A stretch of DNA of 64,000 nt from an uncultured Rikenellaceae bacterium (GCA_964525415.1 CAZGGZ010000004.1:6758-70757); one strand, 5' to 3'. Shown: positions 1 to 9,176, counted from the first letter of the stretch. The notes: a model not told the origin generated them from the letters alone. A program made the numbers and translations.

Positions 1-1
1 G

Positions 2-730
2 ATAAGACGTACAGGATTGTTATATTCAGGGAGCGGAAAGCTGGTGGCAGTCGGGACAGCCATGGCCGATTCCGTGGAATCAGGTAGCAGCGGGATCCTG
101 TTTGTTGAATTTGATACTACAGGAAATATCATTCTGAAAAAGGAAACAGCAGATAATAATTTTATTGCCGCCAGCAATGTTACATCCGATTTTTCAGGTA
201 ATATCTTCCTGCCGCTGACAAGGAAGAAAACCTATTCAAAAGCCCAGGCAAGCGTGGCAAAATTCTCAGGTGAGTTCAACAAATTATGGGAAACGGATCT
301 GTATAATAATTCAAATTTCGGAGCATCAAGCCTCGGCATTATTCTTGATGACCCCGGAAATGTTTATGTATCAGGTGATACAGAACTCTCATCCGCTGAC
401 AGTGTTCTTAACAATTCTTTCCTGACCTCGCTCACATCATCCGGATCTGTAAGATGGAAGAAATACCTTGAAAAAACAAACTCCGGATCAGCCGTAGTTA
501 TTGATGATAATGATGTACTTATGATACTCAATACCAACTGTTTCATTGTGAACATGGCAAATCCTGATGACGGAGCGGACGAAGGAAAAATAAGTATGTT
601 CGGTGTTTGCAATTCAAAGGAAACAGATGCTTTCGGCAGGGATCTTGATATGAATTATGACGGGAACCTTCTGGTAGCAGGATCCAAAGGGGGAAACTAT
701 TACCTGGCTCTGAAATCAATAATACAATGA
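2..730 (+). CDS. hypothetical repeat protein, C-terminal portion (5' end lies upstream of the window)
   Basis: The frame is open from the window edge. The listed ORF start at 17 is an internal TTG, and there is no stop between nt 2 and 730. Recurrent short strand-like motifs (GNIFL, GNVYVSGDT, GNLLVAGSKGG) suggest a beta-propeller or repeat fold. The stop overlaps the next start (ATGA at 727-730). No family recognised. Confidence 0.5.
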   Translation: MRRTGLLYSGSGKLVAVGTAMADSVESGSSGILFVEFDTTGNIILKKETADNNFIAASNVTSDFSGNIFLPLTRKKTYSKAQASVAKFSGEFNKLWETDLYNNSNFGASSLGIILDDPGNVYVSGDTELSSADSVLNNSFLTSLTSSGSVRWKKYLEKTNSGSAVVIDDNDVLMILNTNCFIVNMANPDDGADEGKISMFGVCNSKETDAFGRDLDMNYDGNLLVAGSKGGNYYLALKSIIQ

Positions 731-1224
731 ACCTGTTATACTGCATATTGAAGAAAACAATTATCCTGGCAGCAATTCTTTTTATTCCTGCCGGATTTTG
801 CAATGCACAGGCTTTCATAAAAACAACAGATCTTTTTAAAAGGCAGGACTATACAGCCGGCAGACTTGAGATCAATCAGGATCCGGCAATCGATACACTG
901 CTGAGCCGTTATATCCTGGCATCGCGAAAGAACAGGACCATAGAAGGCACCCAGGGTATGGAAGGTTTCAGGATACAGATCTATTACAGCTCTGTGCGAC
1001 AGGCCCGCGACGAATCTGCCAAAGCGAGGGCAGAGTTTATAGCCAGGTTTCCGGATATCGTTTCATACGCCCAGTACCAGGAACCAGGTTATTTCATGGT
1101 AAGGGCAGGTAACTACAGGACAAGAACTGAGGGACACAAGTATCTTCTGATGGTACGTAAAGAATTCCCGAATGCCTACCTGGTTCCGGCAATAATAAAC
1201 TTCCCCGATCAGGATAAAAAATAA
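727..1224 (+). CDS. SPOR (peptidoglycan-binding) domain protein
   Basis: N-terminal hydrophobic signal or anchor (ILAAILFIPAGFCNAQA). The C-terminal ~75 aa (GFRIQIYYSS...ARAEFIARFPD...GYFMVRAGNYRTRTEGHKYLLMVRKEFPNAYLV) fit the SPOR domain pattern. Confidence 0.75.
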   Translation: MNLLYCILKKTIILAAILFIPAGFCNAQAFIKTTDLFKRQDYTAGRLEINQDPAIDTLLSRYILASRKNRTIEGTQGMEGFRIQIYYSSVRQARDESAKARAEFIARFPDIVSYAQYQEPGYFMVRAGNYRTRTEGHKYLLMVRKEFPNAYLVPAIINFPDQDKK

Positions 1225-1227
1225 TTT

Positions 1228-3120
1228 ATGAGCGAAAATATTAAACATGAATGCGGCATAGCAATGATCAGATTGCTAAAGCCGCTGGAATACTATGTTA
1301 ATAAATACGGTTCATGGGATTACGGCCTGCAGAAAATGTACCTCATGATGGAAAAACAGCATAACCGCGGACAGGACGGAGCAGGAATAGCAGGAATAAA
1401 GCTGGGTGTCCGGCCGGGGAACAGGTATATCTTCCGCCAGAGATCAAACAGATTCAACTCCATAAATGAGATCTTTGAACTTATATTCAGAGATATTGAA
1501 AGGATAAGCATGACAGGAAACGGCGATCATGAATTTATCAGGGAAAATATTCCTTTTGCATGCGACATCTATCTTGGACATGTGAGGTACGGAACATATG
1601 GAAACTATAACCTCGACAGCGTACATCCTGTAAGCCGGGAGAATAACTGGAAAACAAAAAACCTGGTGCTGGCAGGCAATTTCAACCTGACAAATGTTGG
1701 AGAAGTTTTCGGAAACCTGATTGACCTTGGACAGAATCCTGTTGATTTCTCCGATACTGTTACGATACTCGAGAATGTAGGGCACCGACTTGATGAGGAA
1801 AATGAAAAGCTTTTCCGTCAGTTCAAGGAACAGGGCTATTCAAAAAAAGATATCTCTCCGCTGATAGAAGAAAATCTCGATCTGACAACAGTTCTCTCAA
1901 AAGCCAGCCGAAACTGGGACGGAGGATATGTCATGGCCGGTATGGTAGGCCATGGTGATGCTTTTGTGATGAGAGATCCGGCCGGTATAAGACCTGCATT
2001 CTATTATATTGACGATGAGGTGGTTGTTGCAGCATCCGAAAGGCCGGTGATACAGACTGTCTTCAATATAAGAACAGATAAGGTAATTGAGCTGCCCCCT
2101 GCCCATGCACTTGTAATTAAAGCTTCAGGAAACAGTTCGGTTGAAAGAATAAGGGAAGAATCGACGCATCACAAGTGCTCATTCGAAAGAATATATTTTT
2201 CCAGGGGTACAGATAAAGAAATATACAGGGAAAGGAAGAAACTCGGTGAACTGCTTGCTCATCCTGTACTTAAAGCCGTTGATTATGACCTGGATAATAC
2301 TGTTTTTTCATATATACCCAATACCGCTGAAAGCGCATTCTACGGACTGATCAAGGGAGTGGAAAACTACCTTAACCAGTCCAAGGTGGATGCAATAATT
2401 GAGAAAGGTAATTCTCTGTCGAGGGAGGAGCTTGCCAGGATAATAAACCGGAGACCGAGAGTTGAAAAGATCGCGGTAAAGGATGCAAAGCTGAGGACAT
2501 TCATAACAGCCGATAAAGGCAGGGATGATCTGGTGGGGCATATATACGATGTAACGTATGGTGTAATACGAAGGGGTATCGATAACCTTGTGGTCATTGA
2601 TGATTCAATAGTGAGAGGTACGACACTTAAGAAGAGCATAATAAGAATTCTCGACAGGCTTGATCCGAGAAAAATTGTTGTGGTTTCCTCATCACCTCAG
2701 CTCAGGTACCCCGATTGTTACGGAATTGACATGGCAAAGCTCAGCGATTTCATTGCTTTCAAGGCGGCCATTGAATTGATGAATGAGACCGGCAGGTCTT
2801 CCCTGATAAATAAGATCTACGAAGATGCCCTTGCTGAAAATCAGAAACCGGTGGAAGAAATAAGGAACCTGGTAAAGGAGATCTATAAGCCTTTCTGCCC
2901 TGATGAGATCTCAGCAAAGATCTCGACGATGCTCAGGATGGAAGGCATAGACGCAGAAGTCATGATTGTTTTCCAGTCAATAGAAGGACTCCATCAGGCG
3001 TGCCCGGGCCATACCGGAGACTGGTATTTTACAGGCAACTACCCTACTCCCGGAGGAAACAAGGTGGCCAACCAGTCATTCATAAACTATATTGAAGGGA
3101 AGAATATCCGGTCTTATTGA
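1228..3120 (+). CDS. purF: amidophosphoribosyltransferase (long Bacteroidota form)
   Basis: 630 aa. Ntn class-II amidotransferase nucleophile Cys in HECGIAM after a short propeptide. PRTase loop VVIDDSIVRGTTL. Confidence 0.9.
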   Translation: MSENIKHECGIAMIRLLKPLEYYVNKYGSWDYGLQKMYLMMEKQHNRGQDGAGIAGIKLGVRPGNRYIFRQRSNRFNSINEIFELIFRDIERISMTGNGDHEFIRENIPFACDIYLGHVRYGTYGNYNLDSVHPVSRENNWKTKNLVLAGNFNLTNVGEVFGNLIDLGQNPVDFSDTVTILENVGHRLDEENEKLFRQFKEQGYSKKDISPLIEENLDLTTVLSKASRNWDGGYVMAGMVGHGDAFVMRDPAGIRPAFYYIDDEVVVAASERPVIQTVFNIRTDKVIELPPAHALVIKASGNSSVERIREESTHHKCSFERIYFSRGTDKEIYRERKKLGELLAHPVLKAVDYDLDNTVFSYIPNTAESAFYGLIKGVENYLNQSKVDAIIEKGNSLSREELARIINRRPRVEKIAVKDAKLRTFITADKGRDDLVGHIYDVTYGVIRRGIDNLVVIDDSIVRGTTLKKSIIRILDRLDPRKIVVVSSSPQLRYPDCYGIDMAKLSDFIAFKAAIELMNETGRSSLINKIYEDALAENQKPVEEIRNLVKEIYKPFCPDEISAKISTMLRMEGIDAEVMIVFQSIEGLHQACPGHTGDWYFTGNYPTPGGNKVANQSFINYIEGKNIRSY

Positions 3121-4082
3121 TTTTCATGCGAAAACCATGTGATAATGAAATCCTTCTTATAGGAAGCGAGGTGCCTGTTAATCTTTTGAACATATATATC
3201 CCTGAGCGTTATCATAATGCCCGTTTCCTCAACATTACCAAAATGATGATTGATAAAAGTACCGAAAGTAAGCATCGTCGGTGAAAGATTCATATATGCA
3301 TTTATAAGCGGGGGAATGTTCTCCCCCAGCTTTCTTACTTCTGTGGAAAGTGTTTTGTAATTCTCCTTATAGCGCCAGCTTTTAAAGAGCTTTTTCATTT
3401 CCTCTTCATTGAGATCAATATTAGCCGGTTCAATGGGAACAACCAGATTATCCGGATCGCCGAAATGATTATTAAGGAAAAACAGGATCATGTTCCTGGC
3501 CTTCTGGTTAAAATGCGGATACATTGTCACCTTTCCGAAAAGATACTTAATATGGTGATTTTCAATGAATAAGGCACCCAATCCATCCCATATGTTATCC
3601 AGTGCATAAAGGCTTTTTCTTCCCATGGCTTTTGACTGGTAGTCAGGCTGCACAAAAGAGCGCCCCAGCTCCATCATGTGGGGATAATACTTGATTAAGA
3701 ATTTATCGGAGAATTTAAAATATGCGGATGAGGCAAGCCTGGTGATATCACATTGTTTACACCCTTTCGGAGGGAAATAATAACGATATCCTCCGACAAT
3801 CTCCCTGTTATCAGGATCCCAGACAATAAGCTGTTTCTGAGGATCTTCCTTTGCTATATCAAAATTATCAATATCGATTGAATGACCTGTTCCGCCTCCG
3901 GCATGACGAAAAGTTATCTCCCTTACTCTTCCAACCTCCTGCATAAGAACCGGAGAGATGTTATTATCAAATATATATACCTCATTATCCCCATTATTTG
4001 TTTTGCGAAGAAGCTTGTCCTGTGTTAGCTCTGCCATTATCTGGTCAAGGGGCTGCCGGGCAGCAATCGGTTTCATTTCCAT
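3114..4082 (-). CDS. OlsB/GlsB-like N-acyltransferase (hemolysin-like GNAT; N-acyl amino acid synthase)
   Basis: 322 aa. Blocks GGGTGHSIDIDNFD, MELGRSFVQPDYQS, ALDNIWDGLGAL and NIPPLINAYMNLSPTM..FG.VEETGI, as I recall them from Bacteroidota aminolipid N-acyltransferases. Sits directly downstream of a PlsC-like acyltransferase on the same strand. Confidence 0.6.
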   Translation of the reverse strand: MEMKPIAARQPLDQIMAELTQDKLLRKTNNGDNEVYIFDNNISPVLMQEVGRVREITFRHAGGGTGHSIDIDNFDIAKEDPQKQLIVWDPDNREIVGGYRYYFPPKGCKQCDITRLASSAYFKFSDKFLIKYYPHMMELGRSFVQPDYQSKAMGRKSLYALDNIWDGLGALFIENHHIKYLFGKVTMYPHFNQKARNMILFFLNNHFGDPDNLVVPIEPANIDLNEEEMKKLFKSWRYKENYKTLSTEVRKLGENIPPLINAYMNLSPTMLTFGTFINHHFGNVEETGIMITLRDIYVQKINRHLASYKKDFIITWFSHENQ

Positions 4083-4157
4083 GGGACATGAATGATTTTT
4101 CGAATACTTCCTTTAAAAAGTCAGATGCAATTTAATGCTTTTTTTATTCTGCAGATA

Positions 4158-5000
4158 TTATGTGATATATGATTCAAGCTCGTATGACTTGGATTTTACC
4201 CAATCAGCCCACTCAAGTGATGATTTTGAATTGTCAAAGGTTTGCCAGGGGATTATTTTGCCAAAAACAAGTGAGATTTTTTTCTCCTTCTGCCTGAACA
4301 TTTCATCGGGAAGGTACAGCATCTCAAAATTCGATTTTATACCCAGGAAAGTCCTGAGATTTGCTAGGTTATAAAAGAAGTTTGAATTTTTTCCTGAAAT
4401 ATAAGCTGGAACAATATCTCTCTTATGCTGTATGGCCTTGGATATAAAGCTTTTATGCCAGACAAGGTCTTTTATCACCCCTCCTTTTTTACGTGAGCAC
4501 AAGCCTGCCGGAAAATATAATATCTGATAGTCAGAAGCATAAGCCTCCTCGAGTGCCCTGATGGCATCTTTTGCCTGCGCTCCATGTTTATTGACAGGTA
4601 AGAAAATACCAGAGAGATTCTTAATATTCATCAGGATATCATTGACCGGAAATTTTATTTCCCTGAAATATCTGGATAGCTCAAAAATAAAAACCAATCC
4701 GTCAAGACCTCCAAGAGGATGATTTGAAACAAAAAAATATCTGCCTTCCGTTGGAATATTTTCACTGCCGCAGACATTGTATTTGATACTGAAATAATCG
4801 AGTGCAGCACCTATAAATTCAGCATCTTTTAAATCCCTGTATCTCTTTAAAATCTCATTTATATCGTCCTGGTGCACAATACTTTTAAGATAGTTTATGA
4901 TGAATGACGGGACCACTTTGGCAAGAGCAGGATTTTTTGATCTGAGAACTTCCCCGACATCAATTTGCAGATAATTTTTCTGGTTTGAAGATTGTTCCAT
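4158..5000 (-). CDS. PlsC/LPLAT-family acyltransferase (GlsA/OlsA-like O-acyltransferase)
   Basis: 280 aa. Catalytic-type block FVSNHPLGGLDG and FPAG block (LYFPAGLCSRKKG). Paired with the N-acyltransferase gene 75 bp downstream. Confidence 0.65.
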   Translation of the reverse strand: MEQSSNQKNYLQIDVGEVLRSKNPALAKVVPSFIINYLKSIVHQDDINEILKRYRDLKDAEFIGAALDYFSIKYNVCGSENIPTEGRYFFVSNHPLGGLDGLVFIFELSRYFREIKFPVNDILMNIKNLSGIFLPVNKHGAQAKDAIRALEEAYASDYQILYFPAGLCSRKKGGVIKDLVWHKSFISKAIQHKRDIVPAYISGKNSNFFYNLANLRTFLGIKSNFEMLYLPDEMFRQKEKKISLVFGKIIPWQTFDNSKSSLEWADWVKSKSYELESYIT

Positions 5001-5032
5001 TCCTGGCAGATGTTCATTAAAAAATGAGGGTA

Positions 5033-5040
5033 CAAATTTA
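5033..5040 (-). promoter_or_regulatory. candidate Bacteroidota -7 promoter box for the acyltransferase pair
   Basis: The minus strand reads TAAATTTG (consensus TAnnTTTG), about 33 nt upstream of the ATG at 5000. Confidence 0.45.
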
Positions 5041-5262
5041 TTGAAAATTTGATTTAAGGGCGATTAAGACTTCTAACCTTCGTGTACTCACCCCCTTCTT
5101 TTCCCTGCAATCCTTCGGCCGGGACAGGCTCTCTCTGCTGAGGTAAGGCACGGGAATTGCTTTATATACAGCATTTTAAGCCCCCTCTGTACGAAGCAGA
5201 GAGGGAGTCAGGGATGAGTACATTAGATCCCCCTGTAAAACTTATTAACAAAAAAATAAAAA

Positions 5263-5290
5263 AAGTGGGGCAAAGTGGGGGTAAGTGGAT
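5263..5290 (+). promoter_or_regulatory. putative MraZ operator (three 10-bp-phased GTGG boxes)
   Basis: AAGTGGGG, AAGTGGGG and AAGTGGAT start at 5263, 5273 and 5283. The array ends 42 nt upstream of the mraZ ATG. Confidence 0.7.
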
Positions 5291-5332
5291 ATTTTTTATT
5301 TACTTTACTGGTTTATATGCAGAAAAGGGTTT

Positions 5333-5800
5333 ATGGCCACATTTATTGGTGATTATACGTGTAAGGTGGATGTCAAGGGAAGGATCATTCTTCCCATGGC
5401 GTTCAAGAAGCAGATGCCTGCTGAAGCACGTGATCATTTTGTGGTACGCAAAGACATCTTTGAGAACTGTCTTGTGCTTTATTCCCTGGAAGACTGGAAC
5501 AGGCAGCTGATGAAGATCAGGAAGAAGATGAATCCTTATAACCGCGAGCACAATATGTTCCTGAGGAATTTCTTCAAGGGTACGGTTGAGCTTACACTTG
5601 ACAGCAACAACCGCATGCTCATACCTAAAAGACTGCTCGATATAATAGGGGCAGAAAGGGATGTTGTTCTGGCCGGCCAGGACGGCAGGATTGAAATTTG
5701 GGCGGCAGATGTTTATGAAAAACTCGATATGCCTGCAGAAGATTTTGCAAGCCTGGCTGAGAAGCTTATGGGCGGTACTGTTAATGAGCCTGACGAATAA
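5333..5800 (+). CDS. mraZ: transcriptional regulator MraZ
   Basis: 155 aa starting MATFIGDYTCKVDVKGRIILP, with a second SpoVT/AbrB-like half (NRMLIPKRL). ATG at 5333; the ORF-track start at 5285 adds an implausible 16-aa extension. First gene of the dcw cluster. Confidence 0.93.
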   Translation: MATFIGDYTCKVDVKGRIILPMAFKKQMPAEARDHFVVRKDIFENCLVLYSLEDWNRQLMKIRKKMNPYNREHNMFLRNFFKGTVELTLDSNNRMLIPKRLLDIIGAERDVVLAGQDGRIEIWAADVYEKLDMPAEDFASLAEKLMGGTVNEPDE

Positions 5801-6696
5801 TGGTTTATCATATACCCGCATTGCTGGATGAAAGTATCGAAGGACTGAATATCCGGTCTGACGGGATCTATGTCGATGTAACATTTGGCGGAGGAGGGCA
5901 TTCAATGGAAATTCTGAAACGGCTGACTACAGGAAAGCTTGTTGCTTTTGACCAGGATGAGGATGCCCGCTTAAACGCCCCGGATGACAAAAATCTCATC
6001 TTCCTGAACCAGAACTTCAGATTCCTGAAAAACAATCTTATCTATAACGGGATAAAATCAATCGATGGTCTTATCGCAGATCTTGGAGTTTCATTCCACC
6101 AGTTTGATGAACCTGAAAGAGGCTTCACATTCAGGAGTGATGCCCCGCTTGATATGAGGATGAGCAAAAGCAGTTCGCTGACAGCGGCAAGCCTGATACA
6201 AACTCTTGATGAATCAATGCTTGCAGATATCTTTTACAACTACGGAGAGCTGACAAATTCAAGGAAACTGGCCCGGGAAATTATCACTGCAAGAAAGGAG
6301 AAACCTGTTGTTACCACCTATGACCTTGTTTCGGTAATCAGTAGACTGGCTCCTAAAAAACAGGAACATAAATTCTATGCAAAGGTATTTCAGGCACTCA
6401 GAATCTGCGTGAACCATGAGATTGAATATCTGAAAGAGATGCTGATGCAGGCTCTTGATGTTCTGTGTTCAGGAGGAAGGCTCGTGGTTATTACATACCA
6501 TTCCCTCGAAGACCGGGTTGTAAAGAATTTTATGCGCACAGGAAATTTTGAGGGTACCGTGAAAAAGGATTTTTACGGCAATCCCGAAACACCTTTCAGG
6601 CTGATTGCCAGGAGAGGAATTACTCCGGGAGCCGATGAGATTACAAGGAATAACCGTGCAAGAAGTGCGAGACTGAGAGTTGCCGAAAAAATATGA
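5800..6696 (+). CDS. rsmH: 16S rRNA (cytosine1402-N4)-methyltransferase
   Basis: YHIPALLDE N-terminus and SAM-binding DVTFGGGGHS. The start overlaps the mraZ stop (TAATG). Confidence 0.95.
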   Translation: MVYHIPALLDESIEGLNIRSDGIYVDVTFGGGGHSMEILKRLTTGKLVAFDQDEDARLNAPDDKNLIFLNQNFRFLKNNLIYNGIKSIDGLIADLGVSFHQFDEPERGFTFRSDAPLDMRMSKSSSLTAASLIQTLDESMLADIFYNYGELTNSRKLAREIITARKEKPVVTTYDLVSVISRLAPKKQEHKFYAKVFQALRICVNHEIEYLKEMLMQALDVLCSGGRLVVITYHSLEDRVVKNFMRTGNFEGTVKKDFYGNPETPFRLIARRGITPGADEITRNNRARSARLRVAEKI

Positions 6697-7053
6697 ATGA
6701 TGGCGGAAAGAGCAGAAAATAAGAAGAAGGCCAAAACCGGGAGTTTTATAAAGGAACTTCTAAGCGGCAGCATGATAACGGAAAAAATTATCCTGAAGAA
6801 CCTCTGGTATGTACTGCTGATCACCCTGCTTGCCGCAATCTATATCGGCAACAGGTTTCATGCTGAAAAAATCACCAGGGAAACCGCAAAGCTTCAGAGC
6901 GAAGTAAGGGAACTGAGGGCAGAGTCTCTTTCAACCTCTGCCAGCCTCATGTTTATTAGCAGACAGTCAGAGGTCCAGAAGCTGGTAAAGGAAAAAGGGC
7001 TGAATCTTGAGGAACTGAAAACACCACCATATAAATTATTGGTAGACAAATAG
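6697..7053 (+). CDS. ftsL: FtsL-like cell division protein
   Basis: 118 aa. Basic N-terminus, a single TM (LWYVLLITLLAAIYIG), then a coiled-coil-like segment. Conserved position between rsmH and ftsI. Confidence 0.75.
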   Translation: MMAERAENKKKAKTGSFIKELLSGSMITEKIILKNLWYVLLITLLAAIYIGNRFHAEKITRETAKLQSEVRELRAESLSTSASLMFISRQSEVQKLVKEKGLNLEELKTPPYKLLVDK

Positions 7054-7060
7054 TCGGGCA

Positions 7061-9175
7061 ATGGCAGTAAGGGATGAAATAGTGTGGCGGAGCGGCATAG
7101 TATACTTTACGCTGATAATTGTTGCAGTGGCAATAATTGTCCGGATCCTGATACTGCAGGTTGTGCAGCACGGCAAGTGGTCAGCCATGAGCGAGAAATA
7201 TGTATATAAAACAGCAGAAGCGCCGGCTAACAGGGGAGACATACTTGCTCATGATGGTCGTCTGCTGGCAAGCTCTGTTCCTTACTATACCATTTACATG
7301 GACACCAGGAGCACCGGCATGTCGGCCTCTACATGGTCGAAGGGAATAAACGGCCTGTCAGCAGGATTGGCAAAGATCCTGGGAGAGAGATCAGCAGCCG
7401 GCTGGAAAGCAGTTATAACCGAAGCCAGGAAAAGGGGCGACCGTTATTTCCTGATAAGGCGGAAAGTTGATTACGAAACCCTTCAGAAACTCAGGGAGCT
7501 GCCTGTTTTCAGGGAAGGTCAGTATAAGGGAGGCATGGTAGCACAGGCTGAAAACCGCAGGATTCTTCCAAACAGCGAACTTGCTGCCCGAACCATTGGT
7601 TACCTGAACCAGGGCGCCGAAGGCACTGAAGTAGGAATAGAGGGTTCATTTGACAAGGAGCTTGCAGGAAAGAACGGCGTAGTGATAAAGCAGAGGCTTA
7701 CAGGCGGAGACTGGATAACTGTTGACGGCGCCGGTGATGTTGAGCCTAAAGATGGAAATGATGTCATAACCACAATAGATATTGACCTCCAGGATGTTGC
7801 TTCATCAGCTCTGATGAAGCAGCTGCAAAAACATAATGCGCACCATGGCTGTGCAATTGTCATGGAGGTTGCAACAGGCGATATCAGGGCAATGGCAAAC
7901 CTTGAGCTGGGTGATGATGGAAGATACCATGAATCGTATAACTATGCCATTGGTGAAAGCACTGAGCCAGGTTCAACATTCAAACTTCCTGTACTCATGG
8001 CAGCGCTTGAGGACGGCGTTATTGATACCGGCGATATAGTGGATACAGGCAACGGAAGCGTCAGGTTCTATAACAAGGTTATCAGAGATACCCGTGAAGA
8101 GGGCTATGGCAGATTGACGGTAAAAGAGGTTTTCGAAAAATCCTCAAACGTGGGAACCTCAAAGCTTATAACCGAACATTACAAGAATAACCCTAAAACT
8201 TTTGTTGACCGCCTTTATGCTATGAAGCTTAATGAAAAGCTTGATATCCAGCTTAAAGGTGAAGGAGATCCTCTGATAAGATATCCGGGTGATAAACTCT
8301 GGTCCGGACTCTCCCTTCCAATGATGTCGCATGGGTATGAAGTGCAACTGACTCCTCTTCAGTTACTGACATTCTATAATGCCGTGGCAAATGACGGAAG
8401 AATGATGAAGCCGAGATTCGTAACGGCAATAATGCGCAATGGTATAGTTATAAAGCGTTTTGAGCCCGATGTTATAATCAACACCATAGCATCAGGTAAA
8501 ACATTAAAAAAAGCCAGGAAGATGATGGAAGGCGTTGTTGACCATGGAACAGCAACCAACCTGAAAAACACCAATTATAAGATTGCAGGAAAGACAGGTA
8601 CGGCACAGATTGCAAGGGGCAAATCCGGTTACCGGTCAGGTTCCAGGATATCCTACCAGGCATCTTTTGCAGGTTACTTTCCTGCCGAAAATCCTCTCTA
8701 TTCCTGCATTGTGGTAGTAAATGCCCCATCAAACGGAGTCTATTACGGCAACCTTGTTGCAGGTTCAGTTTTCAGGGAGATATCAGACAAGATATATGCG
8801 ACAAACTTTTTCAGAGACTACAGGGCTGAAGCGGGAGAGAACATAGATCCATCAGCTCCTGAAGCCGGCAACGGCTACCGCGAAGATATCAATGAAGTGC
8901 TCAGCGAGCTTGATGTGAGATACAGAAGAACTGCAAACGACGACTGGGTGGCAACAAGGGAAAGAGGTGACACTATCAGGCTCGTTGGTTTGAAGGTTAC
9001 AAAAGGACTCGTTCCGGATGTCCGCGGAATGAGCCTGAGAGACGCAGTTTTTCTGCTTGAGAATACAGGATACCGGGTAAAGTACAATGGGAAGGGAAAG
9101 GTGCTGAGGCAGTCGCCTGCCCATGGTTCAAGATATTTTGAAGGACAGGTGGTCTCTCTTGAACTGAATATGTGA
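7061..9175 (+). CDS. ftsI: penicillin-binding protein 3-type transpeptidase with C-terminal PASTA domain
   Basis: N-terminal TM. Transpeptidase motifs STFK, SSN (KSSNVG) and KTGT. C-terminal VPDVRGMSLRDAVFLLENTGYRV...SPAHGS...VSLELN is PASTA-like. Confidence 0.92.
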   Translation: MAVRDEIVWRSGIVYFTLIIVAVAIIVRILILQVVQHGKWSAMSEKYVYKTAEAPANRGDILAHDGRLLASSVPYYTIYMDTRSTGMSASTWSKGINGLSAGLAKILGERSAAGWKAVITEARKRGDRYFLIRRKVDYETLQKLRELPVFREGQYKGGMVAQAENRRILPNSELAARTIGYLNQGAEGTEVGIEGSFDKELAGKNGVVIKQRLTGGDWITVDGAGDVEPKDGNDVITTIDIDLQDVASSALMKQLQKHNAHHGCAIVMEVATGDIRAMANLELGDDGRYHESYNYAIGESTEPGSTFKLPVLMAALEDGVIDTGDIVDTGNGSVRFYNKVIRDTREEGYGRLTVKEVFEKSSNVGTSKLITEHYKNNPKTFVDRLYAMKLNEKLDIQLKGEGDPLIRYPGDKLWSGLSLPMMSHGYEVQLTPLQLLTFYNAVANDGRMMKPRFVTAIMRNGIVIKRFEPDVIINTIASGKTLKKARKMMEGVVDHGTATNLKNTNYKIAGKTGTAQIARGKSGYRSGSRISYQASFAGYFPAENPLYSCIVVVNAPSNGVYYGNLVAGSVFREISDKIYATNFFRDYRAEAGENIDPSAPEAGNGYREDINEVLSELDVRYRRTANDDWVATRERGDTIRLVGLKVTKGLVPDVRGMSLRDAVFLLENTGYRVKYNGKGKVLRQSPAHGSRYFEGQVVSLELNM

Positions 9176-9176
9176 T

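Noticed and set aside
5157-5510. A 117-aa ORF (TTG start) spanning the intergenic region and the 5' part of mraZ, plus the 16-aa N-terminal extension of mraZ from 5285.
   Set aside because: It overlaps the MraZ boxes and mraZ itself in another frame and has no recognisable protein features. MraZ orthologues begin at the M-x-x-F-x-G motif, which corresponds to the ATG at 5333.
5300-5905. Long antisense ORFs inside well-supported genes: 5300-5905, 11573-12040, 17230-17724, 32713-33336, 40835-41275, 55059-55646 and 59982-60632.
   Set aside because: Each lies fully within a conserved gene on the opposite strand. Their compositions are low-complexity or Ser/Cys/Arg-skewed, as expected for antisense frames. 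None has a promoter box or a recognisable domain.
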